From positions 36,332,001 through 36,396,000 of the forward strand of contig CM060731.1 of assembly GCA_030704615.1 (NCBI GenBank): DNA of 64,000 bases. Direction: 5' to 3'. Below are positions 24,969 to 37,280 of this stretch, in pieces. Each line of letters opens with the position of its first letter. Positions within the stretch are counted from its first letter, which is position 1. A model generated the notes under the pieces. It saw only the letters and a list, made by a program, of their open reading frames with translations, was not told the DNA's origin and searched no databases. Origin of the DNA: Takakia lepidozioides (taxonomy: Eukaryota; Plantae; Bryophyta). A program made the translations under genes and the position numbers.

Positions 24969-27900
24969 AATGGGGTCGGGCAAGCCGAAGCAAAAGCGGA
25001 ACGGCCCAAAAGATGATGATCCTGGTGAGCCCGATGGGGGCGACGTGTCACCGAGGCGGCCGTTTGAGGAAGCGATGAATGTTTCCGAAAACGAGGCCGC
25101 TCAAGAGCGGGAGGAATCCGAGGAGTCGGAGCCCGAGGAATCCTTGAGAGCTCCGACAAACCAAGAGATGCCTCCCATGCCGGCAGCCTTTTGGGAAGGG
25201 TTGTTGGCGTAGTTTGGCGGGACGTTGAAAGACGTGTTGAAGGCGGCTAATGCCACTTCCACTAAGGCAAAGTTTAAGGTGAAGCCTAAGGAACCCGACA
25301 CCTTCGAGGGCGTCCGAAATCGGAAGGCACTCAACACCTGGCTCCTGGAGCTAGAGTAGTACTTCCGGGCGGCCAAGTTGAGTGACGAGGATCGGGTGGA
25401 AATGGCTCCCACCTATTTGAGGGGCTATGCTCAACAATGGTGGCAGAAACGCCTTCACGACCGAGGCCCAAGCCCGAAAACCTTGAACTGGAGTGGGTTC
25501 AAGGAATTGATGAAGAGACAGTTTGTGCCTTTCAACACGTCCTGGCTTGCCCGGGACAAGATGAGGAATTTGAAGCAAACAGATGACATTCGGGGGTATG
25601 TCCAGGCTTTCAATGTGCTGTTGCTCGAAGTCGCGGACATGGCAGAACCAGAAATGGTCTTCAACTTTGTGGCGGGACTGGCCCCATGGGCCAGGCGGAA
25701 GTTGGAGGAGAAGCCACCCAAGACTTTGAACGAGGCAATTGAGAGGGCTGAATGTTTCTCGGATGTCCCTAGGGGTGAGAGACAAGGCCGTACGGAGCTG
25801 AACCACAAGAAGACCCGGCGGGAAGGTGACTCCTTTCGACCAGAAAAGAAGTGGGATAGGCCACGCGGCGACAATGGCACGTGGAAATCGAAGGGAGGGC
25901 CTTCACACGTCAAGGCGGCACCCGGTGCTTCGAAAGGAAAAGCGGGTGGAGCGGCTTATGGCGGACAGAAGGCAACCTTTGATGGAGTGTGTTTCAATTG
26001 CGGGAGCCCGGGCACATGGCCAAGAAGTGCACAAAACCTCGTCAATTGAACATGACTCGGGCAACCACGGAGCTGTCGGAAGATACCATCAGTCGCTTGG
26101 TGGAAGCGGTGGTTGCCAGGACTTGCAAGGTAGGCAACTATTCTTGTGAGTTGTATCAGGAAACTGGCGCCCTGCGTAAAGGGAGTCAGTTATTGTTCGT
26201 GGATGGGATAATATCCGGAACTAACGTGTCGTTGTTGGTGGACACAGGAGCGTCGCACTCCTTCATGACGTCGGCGACGGCGCGAAAGTTGGGACTCCCG
26301 ACAAGTGACGTGGGGGCCTCTATTGAGGTGCGTTCTGCCAAAGGAGAACCACAGTTGGCGACAAGGTTGGCGTTTGATGTTCCTCTTCAACTGGGGAGTT
26401 GGGAGGGACGTGAGAACTTCACCATCTGCGAGATCGATGGAGTGGATCTCATTTTGGGGATGACCTTTTTGAGCAAATCCGAAGCGGTCATAGATGGCCG
26501 CAAGAGAGTAGTCACGCTGCCATGTGGGAATGGTGGCGAGGTTTTACGAGTGTCGGAAACGCCCAAATCCGTGGGAGGGCGAATAAACCTTCTGTCAGCA
26601 AGGGAGTGGGCCGTGGAGGAGGCACACGAGCCCCAGTTTTTGCTTTACATTAGAGAAGTAAAAGGAGAAGGCGATGGGGAGCCGAGCCCAGATTGGATCA
26701 AGGGGATTTTGGAGAAATACCAGGATGTGATGCCGGAGGATTTACCAAGCGGCTTGCCACCGCGAAGAGGAGTTGACCACAAGATTGAGGTGATACCGGG
26801 ATCGGAACCGCCTGCCAAGGCGCACTACCGGTTGAGCCACAGAGAGTTGGTCGAGCTGAAGACTCAGCTCAAGGATCTAATGTCAAAGGGGTACATCCGG
26901 CCGAGTAAGTCACCTTACGGAGCCCCGGTGCTATTTGCAGACAAGAAGGATGGGACGCTGCGGATGTGTGTCGATTACAGGGCTCTGAATAAGGTGACTA
27001 TCAAAAACCGGTACCCTTTGCCAAGGATCGACGACCTCTTCGATCGGTTGGCAGGAGCGAAGTATTTCAGCCGGATCGACTTGCGCTCCGGCTATCACCA
27101 AATTCGGGTGGCGGAAGGAGATGAGGAGAAGACCGCGTGCAGGACAAGGTATGGTTCATATGAGTTCTTGGTGATGCCTTTTGGGCTCACCAATGCACCT
27201 GCGACCTTTAGCACGTTGATGAACAACCTTTTCCAGGAGTGGTTGGATGACTTTGTGATCGTGTACATCGACGACATCTTGGTGTACTCGAAAACAAAGG
27301 AGGAGCACCTGGAGCACCTCAAAAGGATGTTCCAAAAGTTGCGGGAAGGGAAGCTGTACGCCAAAGCTTCAAAGTGCGAATTCGGGGTCACGAAAGTGGA
27401 GTTCTTGGGGCATGTGATTACACAGGATGGGATCAAAATGGATGACAGAAAGGTGAGGGCGATCTTGGACTGGGAGCCTCCGACTTTGGTCCCGGGAGTG
27501 CGATCCTTCCTAGGACTCGCCTCCTATTACCGGAAGTATGTGAGAAATTTCGCCAAGATTGCGGGGCCGCTGTCAGACCTTCTGTGTAAATCTAAAGTCT
27601 GGGCATGGAACACCTTTTGTGGCCAAGCTTTTGCTGAATTGAAGCAGCGGATGGTGGAAGCTCCAGTCTTGAAAATCCCGGAGTTCGATCGTCCGTTTGA
27701 GATACATACAGATGCGTCGGACTTCGCGATTGGTGGTGTGCTGATGCAAGATGGACGTCCAGTGGCTTACGAAAGTAAAAACTGAATGAAGTGGAGCGAC
27801 GGTGGCCGACGCACGAGAAAGAGATGAAGGCGGTGGTGCACTGTCTTGAGCTCTGGCGCCACTATGTTGGTTCCAACCCAGTGAAGGTGTTCACGGACAA

Positions 27901-29519
27901 TGTCACGGTGAAGTATTTTGCCACGCAGCCCAAGTTGTCCCCAAAACAACTTAGGTGGCAAGATACTTTGGCGGTGTTTGACGTGGATATCCAGTACAAA
28001 CAACGTGGTGGCCGATGCTTTAAGTAGAAAGCAGCAGCTCTTGTTGGTGTACAAGGGCGAGACGGCGCTCCAAAGGAAGATCCGGAAGGCTTGCCGGAAG
28101 GATGAGCTGGCGAAGTCCGTGATGCAGGACTTGAGGATGGGGGTTAAATCGCAGTTCCACTTGCAAAATGGACTGCTCCGGTATAAGCAAAAACGTCTCT
28201 ACGTGCCGAAGGGAGGGATCAGAGATAGCCTCTTGAGAGAATGCCATGATAGCCCGCTTGCGGGCCACGGCGGAGCCAAGCGCACTGCGGCACTCTTGAA
28301 GAAAGAGTATTTCTGGCCCAAACTGAGGGAGGAGGCAGAGGAGTATGTCAAGACATGCACCACATGCCAACAAAACCGGAGTGAGTACAAAAAGCAAGCG
28401 GGGCTGTTACAACCTTTGCCGGTTCCAGAGGGGACTTGGGAAAGCGTCTCGATGGATTTCATGACTGCTATGCCGCTGTCAAAAGGATTCGATGCAATCA
28501 TGGTGGTGGTAGATAGGTTCAGTAAAATGGGCCATTTCATCCCCACCAAGGAGACGGCAACGGCGCAGGAGACAGGGCGACTTTACTTCGCCCACGTCTT
28601 AAAGCATCATGGAGTCCCGAAGGATATTGTCTCGGACCGCGATCCAAAGTTTACGAGTAAATTCTGGAGAGCACTTTGGAAGAAGATGGGGACGAGGCTG
28701 AAGATGAGCACCGCCTTCCGACCTACGACCGACGGCCAAACAGAAAGGGTGAATTCCGTAGTGAAGCAGATCTTGCGGAATTACGTGTCGGCAGACCAAA
28801 CAGACTGGGTGGAACACTTAGACGCGGCAAAGTTTTGTTATAATAACACAGAACACTCCGCAACGGGAGTTTCCCCTTTCGTATTGGTCTATGGAAAAGC
28901 ACCTCTGGTGCCGACAAGTTGGGTCGCCCAGGACGTTGAGGAACCGGCAGTAGCGGCAGTACTGGAAGAACGCGAGCGTTTGTTGAAGCTCGCAAAGTAC
29001 AACATTGCCAAAACTAGGAAACGGTATGAAAGGCAGGCGAATCGGAAGCGGAGGGAAGTGAAGTTTGAGGCAGGCACGGAGGTCTGGTTGAACATCAAGA
29101 ATTTTCGACTACCTCCGGAAGTGAGTCCGAAGTTCGTACCTCCGTATGCGGGACCCTTTCGCATTCGGAAGGTTATGAATGAGGATGTGTATGAATTGGA
29201 GCTGCCGGCAAACAGCAAGGTGCACCCAGTATTCCATGTCTCCCTTTTGAAGCCTTACTTCAAAGATGAAGCGCGTCCGAATCGGCATCAAGTGTTGCGT
29301 CCGCCACCTATGCTGTTGGATCATGAAAATGAACCTGAGTACGAGGTGGAGGCAAAACTTAAGTCAAGGAGGTTCAAGAACCGAGAAACGGAGTATCTCG
29401 TCAAATGGAAGGGCTATCATCATGTGGAGGCATCTTGGGTGCGTGCCTCAGAAATGGGAAACGCATCCGAGGCAGTTGCAGCTTTCGAAGGGCGACCTCA
29501 AAAGCGGAAGAAGCGTTGA
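24969..29519 (+). pseudogene. Gypsy gag-pol polyprotein (stops near 25210 and 25357; frameshifts near 26010, 27780 and 28000)
   Basis: Gag KPKEPDTFEG and CFNC knuckle; [12 protein letters not shown]; RT YIDD; RNase [11 protein letters not shown]; integrase HHCC and VSDRD...DGQTER; chromodomain EYEVE...YLVKWKGY...SW. Confidence 0.93.
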
Positions 29520-30423
29520 TGGGGACATCAACCTTGGAGCGTGGGGGAGGAAATGCATGCTTAGCCCGGCTTAGCTAGCTTAGGAATCCGATTGCAAAAA
29601 CTTGTATTGTACAAAACGTGCTATAAATGAAACGGATTCCAAATGTTGTGCGTCCTATTTTGTTTGGAATGGTGATGCATGGTATGGTTGGCTAGTGTGT
29701 AGAATGCATGCTAAGCTTATAAAAGTGGGAGAGGTAAATTGGGTTAATCGTGTGTTTGCGTAGTGCCGAAATCGGGTGACCCCCATCCAAGGGGCAAGGA
29801 AACTTGCGACTTCTTTGGGAGTTCACGTGCTAGTACGCACCTGGCGCGTGCGCGTACTATAACTGCGCTACCGAGGGGGTTGCCTTGTAATGCGGGCTAA
29901 CGCGGAAGCTACGTGCTTCCGTTCACGTACTATAATCGTGTAGCCTCGGGACGAAGTCGTAGTGCGGCTTCGGCGTGTTCCCGTACCTCAGGCCAGCATT
30001 CTAAGGCGGACCCAATTGTAGTGATTGGGGCGCACGGTTGGTTCAAGGTTATCTTCCTAGTCAAAGAGGGTTCCAGGGAACCCTTGCTCAAGGTGATGCC
30101 AAAAGCGGCATCATGAGCGATCGCAAGCAATGTTGTTGTAGTAAGGCGATTCGATCCTCGGGGAGGATCGTTCCTTGGCCTTGAAGTAGGCCAAGAAGAG
30201 TGCACTGGGAGGAGCTGGAGAGGCTCCACCCTTGGCCGGGACTTGGAGGAAGTCGGCCGAACTAGCTAGTGGAGAGTAGAGTCAAGTGTGGGGTTTGGTT
30301 CTTTGCCATGGGACGCCATGGTGCGGAAACAAACTCCTTGATGTGGGCGCCACAACTTGGATGTTCGTTTCTACAAAATGGACAAGTCGATGAGGACATC
30401 GACTCCCTGTTGGTAGGGGTGTG

Positions 30424-31149
30424 TGTCGCGGCCCTTTGCCTTGAGGGCAGGGGGTCGGGACACATGAGGGGCTGCCCCTGTGGTGGGGGCATCGGCAGCG
30501 ATAGGTATGGGGGGCTGAAGCACCCTTGAGTGCCCAAGGCACTGAAGGAGGCGGAGGCGCTCACTAGGTGGAGCCCCGCACACCGGGTTGCGGTGGGGGT
30601 GGCTCCACAAGGGGTGGTGGTAGCTTAGCGGGACTTAGTGGGGGTGGCATAGGACTCACCATGGGCGCGGAGACCTCGTGGTGGGAGTCGTGGGGAGTCT
30701 TGGGACTCGGCACGGTCCATAGGGGCCGTGGTGAGTGGGCCAAGACTCACCGCGACTCATCACCGGGAGTCGAGGGTTTTCGTGGTGGTTCGCCATAAAA
30801 TGGCATGGCTGGTTATGAAACCCCCGCGGACAGCTACAGAAGTATATATAGGGAGTAGTAACCCCGAGAACGGTGCAAGCCCGTTGGTGACCAAAAACTA
30901 GTGAGTAAGTGAGCGAGCCGGAAAGCGACCAAAGAGTGGGGAGCTGTTCCGGACTGCCATCTACCAAAGGGAATTCCACTAGTCCCAAATAGGTGGAGGG
31001 TTTAGTGGGAAGCGAAGGGGGGACCGTTATGTCCCGGTGAGCAGCCGAAGCTCCAAGTTGGCCCGGCGGCCAGGTTGGGAGTCAGGCGCGCGCATCAAAG
31101 CGAGTAACTATGACGAGAAGGGGAGCTTACCGAAGGGAGGTGCGCGACA
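30424..31149 (+). repeat. Gypsy 3' LTR
   Basis: Near-identical to 24189-24914; preceded by GTTGGTAGGGGTGTG. Confidence 0.96.
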
Positions 31150-34100
31150 CAGAAGCTACGATGTATCTAAACAAGAAAAAGACTATTACTAAAAAACTTA
31201 TACTAGTACGGATTAAGAACTTATAATATAAAAATCAAAAGTCTTTATAAACTTACCAGGTCTGGCATTGTTGGATCAATGCTGAGATCTTCAATTCCAA
31301 CAGCAGGATTAACACCCTTCTCACACACACTAGACTTCAGAATGCTGGAATTCTGCACAGGTATCAATATACTTCAGTACACCTCATAATACTACAGATT
31401 ATTAAGAACCTCTAAAAAACCACAAAAAAAAAACCTCTAAGGAACTTACCATGTCTGAAGTGCTACAATCTTCATTTCCAAAAATGCCCAAGCAAGTCTT
31501 GTCCTCCTTCGTAGACCCTATTTTCATTACCACTTTCTAAAAAAATATGAAGCAGCTAATGCTGCAATAACTAAGCTCTGCTAGAGAGTTGCTTGAGAAC
31601 AAAAATGCTATAGCCTGCCTTTGATAGGAAGAGCAGGCCTAGCTTAGGAGAACCAAGCTGCTGAAACAAGACAGAAGCTACGATGTATCTAAACAAGAGA
31701 AAGGCTATTATTAAAAAACTTATACTAGTACGGATTAAGAACTTATAATATAAAAATCAAAAGACTTTTACAAACTTACCAGGGTTGGCATTGTTGGTTC
31801 AATGCTGAAATCTTCAATTCCAATAGCAGGAGTGACACCCTTCTCACATACACTAGACTTCAGAGTGCTGGAATTCTGCACAGGTATCAATATACTTCAG
31901 TACACCTCATAATACTACAGATTATTAAGAACCTCTAAAAAAACCACCAAAAAAAAACCTCTAAAGAACTTACCATGTCTGAAGTGCTACAATCTTCATT
32001 TCCAGACGTGCCCAAGCAAGTCTTGTCCTCCTTCGTAGACCCTACTTTCACCACCACTTTGTTAGTAATTTCAGTGAATTCTCTTCTGACGGCCAACCGA
32101 CCAACTTTTCTATTTTCACTGTGTTTGAATTCTTTAAACTTCTCATACAAGTCATCCACTAACCTCCTCTGCTGCACAGTGGTACTGCCATAGCCAAATG
32201 AAAATCCAGCCAGTTCAGGCTCACGCTCGCTCAAATATTTCTTGACCTCCAGCACTGTAGCAACCTTGTGGCGCATGTTGGTGTCAAAAAAACCTTGCAG
32301 TCTTACATCTTTCCAATCTCTGAACCAATTCCGGAAACATTGCAAGTTCAAATTATAAACCCTCCATTGGAGAGGGTAATACTTGCGGAGGTACGCACGA
32401 CCAAACAAATCATCTTTCGAAGCATCCAGTGGTGGCTTCTGGAATATTCTCTCGTATGTGGGTTGAGGATGGTTGAAGGATGTGTGCAGGTGCATTAAGG
32501 AAACAGGGTTCAGCTTATCTTCACACTCCATTGGCTTGAGGGCTGGCGGCTTGAGGGCTGCTGCCATTGTAAATGATATCTTCTGTTCAGTATTCTTATG
32601 GCAAGTCCCTCATTCACTCTCTACCTTTGTTCCTTCCAAGCAGGTCCTCAAGGCATGCTCTCTGTTAATCTCGTACACAGAGGTCAAAGCAGAGAATGGT
32701 TTTTCCTCACTGGATTTTGCTGGCTGCTGAGGTGGTGGCTCTGTCATGGACAAAATGAATTTGGGACCTACTCCTTCAACCCCAACATCTCTTCCCTTAT
32801 GCAGGAACTTAACTGCATGTCCTCTTTTGATATTGTACATACAGGTCAACTGATTTGCACTACAATTGAGAAGTTCTGACAATTTCTTCCCTGATGCCTC
32901 TATCACATCAGCATATTCCATGAGAAATTTCTCATGTAAGTACAGCCGAATGTCTAAAACATCCTGCACAAAGAGAGAAAGATGCATCAGATTTACTCAT
33001 AATACAAAAAAGACTCTTAAAAGGGGGACAAGATGGCTGCGAAGTGACAACAAAATGAAAGGATTAAATAGAAATCACTCCTAACTTGCCTACACAAAGA
33101 AAAGGAATGCATCAATTCAGAGTTCAACACTCAGAATTCAGAATGCATAATGCATAATTCAGCATTCAAAATTCAGAATTCAGCATGAAAAAGACTTAGA
33201 AAAAAGAAAAACATTGGAACATTATGGCTACAAGCAAAAGCAATAATAAAATGAAAACATCTAACAGAATCTAACACTTACCTGCTGATGCTCATTTAGG
33301 CATATCTTATCTTCACATGTCATCATTTTCAGAGTTGCAACATCATCCCAACCTTCGTCCATGAAAGCTTCCACCAGAGGCTGCAATACACCATTGCCAA
33401 AGAAATTTTTTAAAGCTTTTGCCATTCTATCAATCTATCAAAGAAGAGAGAAAAATGATAGGTTGCTTTTGATAGGACAGACCACTACAACTGCTCTAAC
33501 CTCATCAAACCCGATTGCTCCTAAAGAATTCTTTAGCTGTTACCACATCACAACTCAAGGCATACAACTCTTTATATTCTTTCCTAGAATATCTTCTTAA
33601 TTTCTTGGTTACTATGCTAAGCCTATAAAACAAATCTAAGGAAGGAGATTCTATCAACGAAGGAATTATTTCAACTCCAATTGAAACATCATCATAATCC
33701 TGATATGGCTCAACTAGTTTTTGATCTACTTCAGCTGCTAATCTATGCAACAACAAAAGGAGAACCCTCCGCACTTTCAAGGCCTTCTCCATTGAGCACG
33801 AAATGAGACGAGAGAAGAGAAAGAGAAGACTCTCTCTGCACAAGCACGATAAACATAGAAAACGATTTCTGTCATCCATCTTAGTTCTTCATCCTGGGGT
33901 TTCATCTTATTCTTCATCCTATTTACTATAGTGATATCTTTTTCACCCTTTTTTATTTTTGTTTTTATGTGTTTTTTCTAGCTTTGCTCTAAAAATCACT
34001 AGTATATGCACAAAAAATGAGGATACAGCTGCATTGGTATCCGAAATCCGAAATCCGAGCCCACTGCATCCTGCACCACCAGATCATGACTCCCGGGTCC

Positions 34101-34821
34101 GGCACAGCCGAGGTGACGAAAAATTTGTAATAGCAGGTGCCTACTGCTTGAACAAGTTATACCCCTGCTCATATCTTCCGTTGCTCTACAAGCAGAGATC
34201 ACCATAGCAACGTGTTCTAATCCCAGCACTGGATTATGAAATTTGCTACGAATCTGCTTACTAATTGCAGGGGTAAGTCCAACTCATTGGTTGAATGGCA
34301 TGAAATGAAAGAGGACTTGCCTGGCTGACTCGCATGACATCCTGCCTTTGCAAACAAACAGGTGGGGCTCGTACTTTCCAACCTTCACCTTTCTGAAACC
34401 TGAGGCAATGCCACCTTGATGCAAGGCTTGAAATACGATAAAAACCTCTCTGTCGCATGGCCCCAAGTCTCTAACTGACCAGACGCAAGTTAGGTCTCAA
34501 CGGGAGCAAATCCCTGCTTGTCCGCTGCCTTCTCCTCTGCTACAGTGACCAGTGCTTCCACTTCTTTCTCCTGCCATTGTAATGCCCACACCCCTTCCTA
34601 CTGTCAGCTTCTCCTACAAACATGCAGAGCAGTATTTGACTATGAAAAGAAAGAACGAGCTTTGTCGTGGTGGATAGGACAACACCAAAAATGAGGATAG
34701 ACTATGGTCTGCCATTCCATCTTCACACACCTCCACGCTCACTGCAGCAGATCTCCCCTTATCCCTTATAAACTGAATCTGATTCTGATTAAGGGATGAT
34801 CCAATCCCCAGGACAAGCACT

Positions 34822-35254
34822 GTTCACTCCTTCACAAACACATGCCAAGAATCAGTGTCCCCATATCTACTGACTCATCCTTAACTCTCTTAGAGGAGAC
34901 AACATGTAAGCGTGAACACATTGTAAGAGGGCATAAAGACGGAGCATGAGCAAAACAAACAAGCAAACAAAGCAAAAAAGAAATGATAAGAGAACTTCTC
35001 AGAAGACAGCCCGACCCGCCACTTACACTTAGCATAGTTCACTCCTTCACAAACACATGCCAGGAATCAGCGTCCCCGTACTGACTCGTCCTCTTAGAGG
35101 AGACAACATGTAAGCGTGATAAGAGAGAGGGCATATAAGTGTGAACACATTGCAAGAGGGCGCAAAGACGGAGCATGAGCAAAACAAAGAAGCACACAAA
35201 GCGAAAAAGAAATGATAAGAGAACTTCTCAGAAGAGAGCCGGACCACCACTTGC
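34822..35254. repeat. ~215-bp tandem duplication
   Basis: GTTCACTCCTTCACAAACACATGCCA...GAACTTCTCAGAAGA at 34822 and 35037. Confidence 0.88.
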
Positions 35255-36253
35255 ACTGTACAGCTGCTAATGTCCACCGTTAACAAGTGAAAGTAATGAT
35301 GAATCGCTGCTCTTGAGTACTATACTGATTAGTACTCCGCCGTTCATAATTTGATATAAGGGGATCTGTCCAAAGTGGGCAGCTGGAAGGTTGATATATT
35401 TGTAATTTAATGATGAAACTGGAAGACAGTGATGAATGAGGATAGACCACAACTCACTCATGTTTAGAGTGTCTATGTTAGTCTATGTCAGTCACTTCAG
35501 GATGCCAATGTCTGAGTGCCGATTCTGCAGATTTATAGTGAAGCTGCAGACAACTTAGTGGCAATCATTTGCAGATGGAATTAAGCTACTCCTGGATTTA
35601 AACTTCATTGGTAAACCATGACCTTCATGTTGGAGTTATCATCGCTGTCTTTTAGGGTTTGTGCATTGCTCTCTCGGTATAATTGCCAAATATGGATGAC
35701 ATAAATGCTGATAGGGATGTTGATCAAGTTCTTGTTTTGCAGAGCATCAGAAACAGAGGAAAAAAATCTTCTTAATATTTTCATGAATAAGAACAGTAGA
35801 ACTTAATAAGACAAAACCCAAAGAGAGGAAAAATAAACAAGTTCATGAATTTCTTGCTGGGGATTGGTGACATGTACTGTAGCCGCCTTGGAAGAAGCTC
35901 TGAGTTCTGAGCTTCATCATGGGTTCAGTACCTCAGATCTCTCAGTTAGTGCTGTCTAAAGTTCGAGTACAGTCTACGGGTAGATTGGCTTCCCAGTAGG
36001 TAGTTGGGCGAGCCGCCACCCAACTTCAGAGAGTTTTTTTCTCATAAAATCTGTAGCTAATTTGCTTAGAAACGATGGTGAATACAATGTGTGAAATGAG
36101 AGGCTCCACGTTCATGGGTGGGGGTTTTGACAGACCTTATGTGCTTGGGCTCTAATTTCATCCATGATCCTCAGCACAAAGTTCTGATATGAAGAGGGAG
36201 TACACATGATGAGACAGCCCCCCAGACGGTAATTTCCATACCAGATGACCAGA

Positions 36254-37280
36254 TTAGCTCATCTGCCACTCCACAGATTTGTGATTCAAGAACTTGGTTG
36301 CCACAAAATTGGATGAACATTTTACTAATTTATGGCATGAACAAGTGTACTCTATCTCTACCAACGCAGCAAATCTGCGGGAGCGTGGCCCCACTGGATG
36401 TACAAAACTTAGGTCCACGGTGCCAACCAACTGATCTTGTTCTTCCAAAACCCCTCCAATAGCCACATGAGTCCCTTCCAAAGGACCTCGTGGGTGTACT
36501 CTTCGAATAACAGCATACAGAAAGAGATCCCCTCTCATCCAACCTTCTCCCTTCACAAGCATCACATCACCTTCCTCAGGGTATGGTGGGCAACACCCAG
36601 GCTGACCCGCATCTAACAGGTAAGTCCTAGGGGCAATATCCTCAAGCTCATAAGCAACAACAAATTGCCCACGCGACTGTGGGACAAGCAAGGACATGAA
36701 CTTGTGCATAAGTTGTTGCACGGGCCTCACACTTATCTCCCTAGGTTGGGCATTTAGGATCTGCATGCCACTAAGCTCATGAATCAAGGGCATTGCTGAG
36801 TCAGGGGTAGCCAGTCGATGCTCAAAGTAGGCTGCCTGGAAGAATACTTCCATTTCGCCATTGAACTCATGGATAAAAATTCTCAAAAGTTTTGCTTTCC
36901 ACATCCATGAGTGCTCACAGTTGCCACATCCGGTCTCACTAAAACCAGATTGCCCGACTGGTATTTTGTGCTACGCAACAACAGAAATCCCACCTCAGTT
37001 ATTTCATTGCTGACATGGTCTAGTGAGTTGTCATCAGTAAGGGCTCCTCGGCTCCTCCAAAACAATTCCAAGTCTGAACCTGTCCTCTGATCCATCTTCT
37101 TAACAAGCGGACGTCTTGGACCCTTGACAATCCCCTTGTACTCGATCATAGTTCTACATGAGCAGGGCTCCAATGCAGGAAGCAATTTTGACAGGTGTAT
37201 TGCCATGTCATGTGAAGGTACTATGACGATACAACCGCCATGCCACTCTTCACAATGTGACAGTTCTTTAATCCCAGATG
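36254..37280 (-). pseudogene. C-terminal part of a second CACTA/EnSpm-like transposase (BAH-like region), 5' part deleted
   Basis: WHGGC.V.VPS, YQSGNLVLVRPD...WKAKL...FFQAAYF...LMHKFM parallels 14999-15620. One frameshift near 36900. Confidence 0.7.

Larger units (their letters stand above)
24189..31149 (+). mobile_element. Full-length Ty3/gypsy chromovirus LTR retrotransposon
   Basis: TG...CA 726-bp LTRs, 5-bp TSD CAGAA (24184-24188 and 31150-31154), PBS, and gag-PR-RT-RH-INT-chromodomain order. Confidence 0.97.
23019..32060. repeat. ~527-bp tandem repeat (4 units) of exon-intron modules, unit 3 split by the gypsy element
   Basis: Units at ~23019-23545, 23546-24072, 24073-24188 plus 31155-31536, and 31537-32060. 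Confidence 0.9.
21778..33425 (-). pseudogene. Multi-exon transposon-accessory gene with a captured SAM-like N-terminus and tandemly duplicated exons; gypsy element inserted in an intron
   Basis: Exon 1 33425-33282 (MAKALKNFFGNGVLQPLVEAFMDEGWDDVATLKMM...HQQ|GTAAGT). Exon 2 32963-31974 with one in-frame stop. Repeated 96-nt and 87-nt exons. Further exons at ~22822-22693, ~22582-22285 and ~22190-21778. Confidence 0.65.
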
